64,000 nucleotides of DNA from assembly GCA_965277405.1 (NCBI GenBank), contig OZ255726.1, positions 1,472,001-1,536,000 on the forward strand, read 5' to 3'. A model generated the notes under the pieces. That model made no database searches. It was not told where the DNA came from and was given only the letters and a program-made list of their open reading frames with translations. Position numbers and translations under genes: made by a program. Source of the stretch: Gammaproteobacteria bacterium (GTDB lineage: Bacteria > Pseudomonadota > Gammaproteobacteria > G965277405). Below, in pieces: positions 61,859 to 64,000 of the stretch; positions within the stretch are counted from its first letter, which is position 1; each line of letters begins with the position of its first letter.

Positions 61859-64000
61859 ATGCTATTGCGCCTTATGCGACAAAATTATGTCATTTATGGC
61901 ATTATCATGTTGTTATTCGGCTTAGTGGCAGGCTGTCAGGATAATGCGCCGAGTGAAGATGAACTTTTGGCTGCTGGTCTGTTAACTGGAGATGCATATA
62001 GTCCACAGCCAACGGTATTTAAAGTAATCAAAGAATGTGTTGGTAACATAACAGATCCAGTAGACCCGCAACAGGAATGTGCCTCATTGGGTAATGACGT
62101 TCCGATTGCTAGGGAATCCTTTAATACAGGCACGCTAAATGGCAAGGAAAACCCGCTGTTGCTGTATCTTGAGTTTGACCATCCAGTGTATTTTAATGAG
62201 GCGCGCCAAGCTAAAATACAACTAACCAACGCCCAATGGACAAACGCTGGTGCGGCCACTAAATTGATTAAACCAGTCAAGATCAATGAGAAGGGTGAGT
62301 TTAGTAGTGTTATCGATAATATTGATATGCCGCAAGCATATCAACACTTTATATTGGGCTTGCTGCATGGTGAGTCTGATGGCGATAGCGTCACTGTAGT
62401 TGTTCCTGCTGATTTTGTCTACCGCAAGACGGATTCTGGCTACATTGCGTATAATTCCGTTACAATAAAGCTGTCGTTTATTGAGGATAGATCGCCGCCA
62501 ACGGCAACGTTTGAGTTTACAGACGGGATGGAATATCTAAATAATGATAAGTATATTGGTGTCGACTACGAGCAATATGGGGAAATAGAATTTGATGTTG
62601 TTTTGTCGGAAAACGTGTGGATAGGTGCTGAGGTTAGCTCAGACGCAGCAGATTTTGATGAAAATAGTTTTAGCAGCTTTTTTAGAAATAAACCTCGGAA
62701 AAGGACAGGATCCTATATTAAAAAAAACTCTGACTTGTATCGAGCAAGTACTATAAATAATGCAAGAGAATTGGAGGATGGTGTAAGAAAACTAACGTTC
62801 AAGCTCAAAAACACTAATGATGCTGAGGGTGGTTCTGATGGTTATATAGCGATTGCTGATGGCAGTTTGCCAACGCATGGTGGTGATTACGGCTTTCAAT
62901 TGAAAAAAAACACCTTGTGTGACGAGGCGGGTAATTGTGTTGATTCTTTAGCAAAACAGTTAATTGTTGACTCAAAACCGCCAAAAATTAAGGCAGTTAC
63001 GGCGAGCTTGGGTGCTGGTGCTACCGCTAAACTTAACGCGGGTTCAGTGTTAATGGTGGGGGTGTGGTTCGATGAGGAAGTGGTGAAGCCGACTGGGATG
63101 CGGCTTAAGTTTGCGATTGGCAACGGGGCTGAAGGGCTTGGTGACAAACCAAGATATTTGACTGTTACTGGTGCTGCTTGTGACGACGGTGATGAGGAAT
63201 GTAAGCAGAGTGACGCTGATAATGATTTTTGGCAGTATAGCTATACTGTTAGCTCAGGTGACGGCACCAATAAGGCTGGGTATATTTATGATAACAGTGA
63301 TGTAGCTGCCTGTGATGCTGTTGATGATGACAGTGGTGTAGAGACCTGCAATGCTGCCGACGACAACAGTGCTGTCGCTGCACAATGGTCAAGTGATATC
63401 AACAACATGCTGCAGCTGGTACCAGGTGAGCAGGAATCGTTTGCTGGGGAGCAGCCCCAGTTTGCAGAAGTTGTTGATGCGTATGGAAATGTGATGCAGG
63501 TTGCTGAGGATATTGTTATTACGCATGGCTATATACCAACAGATAACAACCTGTATTTCACCAAGAGGCCAACCGTTGATGTTGATATAGCGGTTTTTAA
63601 TAGTAAAAAAATTGATGCTATTGCACCAAGATTAGATTTTCCAATAAATGGCGACGCTATTAAACTTAATTATGTCTCGACGGTCATGTCTGGTAGTCAG
63701 TCGACAGCTGCGGGTGATAACAGGGTTATAGGAGTGTATGCCCAAGCAGAAAAAAACACATTACGTAGTGGTGAATTTATCAGTATAGCTGTGCCATTTA
63801 CAGAAAAGCTGTCGATTAAGAGGGATGCGAGTGGTCAACCAATCCTCGCTAATTGGAGTGATCCATCAGCGTGGGGGATAACAGACTTAGTTATTAGCGG
63901 GCGCTCAGGCGTGGGTGAGCCGCTGCAAGAGTATGTGCTAGATTATACTGCAGACCTTACTGCTCAAGTGATTAGTGGTAGCAGAGGCGATGAGGATATT
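61859..64000 (+). CDS. Large surface lipoprotein with Ig-like repeats, open at window end (absent from ORF track)
   Basis: Hand translation: 714 codons without a stop; lipobox LVAGC; motifs DEAGN, DAYGN, D..PP, F.E.V, YTV..GD. Confidence 0.8.
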   Translation, partial: MLLRLMRQNYVIYGIIMLLFGLVAGCQDNAPSEDELLAAGLLTGDAYSPQPTVFKVIKECVGNITDPVDPQQECASLGNDVPIARESFNTGTLNGKENPLLLYLEFDHPVYFNEARQAKIQLTNAQWTNAGAATKLIKPVKINEKGEFSSVIDNIDMPQAYQHFILGLLHGESDGDSVTVVVPADFVYRKTDSGYIAYNSVTIKLSFIEDRSPPTATFEFTDGMEYLNNDKYIGVDYEQYGEIEFDVVLSENVWIGAEVSSDAADFDENSFSSFFRNKPRKRTGSYIKKNSDLYRASTINNARELEDGVRKLTFKLKNTNDAEGGSDGYIAIADGSLPTHGGDYGFQLKKNTLCDEAGNCVDSLAKQLIVDSKPPKIKAVTASLGAGATAKLNAGSVLMVGVWFDEEVVKPTGMRLKFAIGNGAEGLGDKPRYLTVTGAACDDGDEECKQSDADNDFWQYSYTVSSGDGTNKAGYIYDNSDVAACDAVDDDSGVETCNAADDNSAVAAQWSSDINNMLQLVPGEQESFAGEQPQFAEVVDAYGNVMQVAEDIVITHGYIPTDNNLYFTKRPTVDVDIAVFNSKKIDAIAPRLDFPINGDAIKLNYVSTVMSGSQSTAAGDNRVIGVYAQAEKNTLRSGEFISIAVPFTEKLSIKRDASGQPILANWSDPSAWGITDLVISGRSGVGEPLQEYVLDYTADLTAQVISGSRGDEDI

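Noticed and set aside
1-64000. tRNA, rRNA or riboswitch genes
   Set aside because: None recognised by eye; a covariance-model scan would be needed to exclude them

Overview
Gammaproteobacterial chromosome segment, probably from a host-associated organism (inference from ankyrin, FN3, RCC1-like and Ig-like proteins). Housekeeping content: holB, fabA/fabB, ribD, the full S10-spc-alpha ribosomal cluster, proB, hemD/X/Y, yacG and miaB. The most unusual part is 8.0-21.7 kb: five tandem lipoprotein paralogues, each with its own promoter-like leader. They are built as signal peptide + Ser/Thr linker + FN3 domain(s) + about 72 RCC1/BLIP-II-like 41-aa (123-bp) repeats in total. The repeat framework is near-invariant while two short loops per repeat are hypervariable and appear re-assorted between genes; two paralogues are frameshifted. 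A roughly 260-320 bp MITE sharing terminal inverted repeats with an intact IS5-family element (56045-57272) separates the paralogues, occurs about ten times in the window (including remnants), and often supplies the stop codon of the upstream gene. Also present: an IS481 relic joined to an AT-rich Bacteroidetes-like segment (SWIM-SNF2 helicase plus a decayed E2 fragment), a TRAP/5-oxoprolinase locus, an ankyrin protein with a nuclease-like tail, and a large Ig-like lipoprotein running off the window end. All counts and alignments were done by eye; no database search was run.
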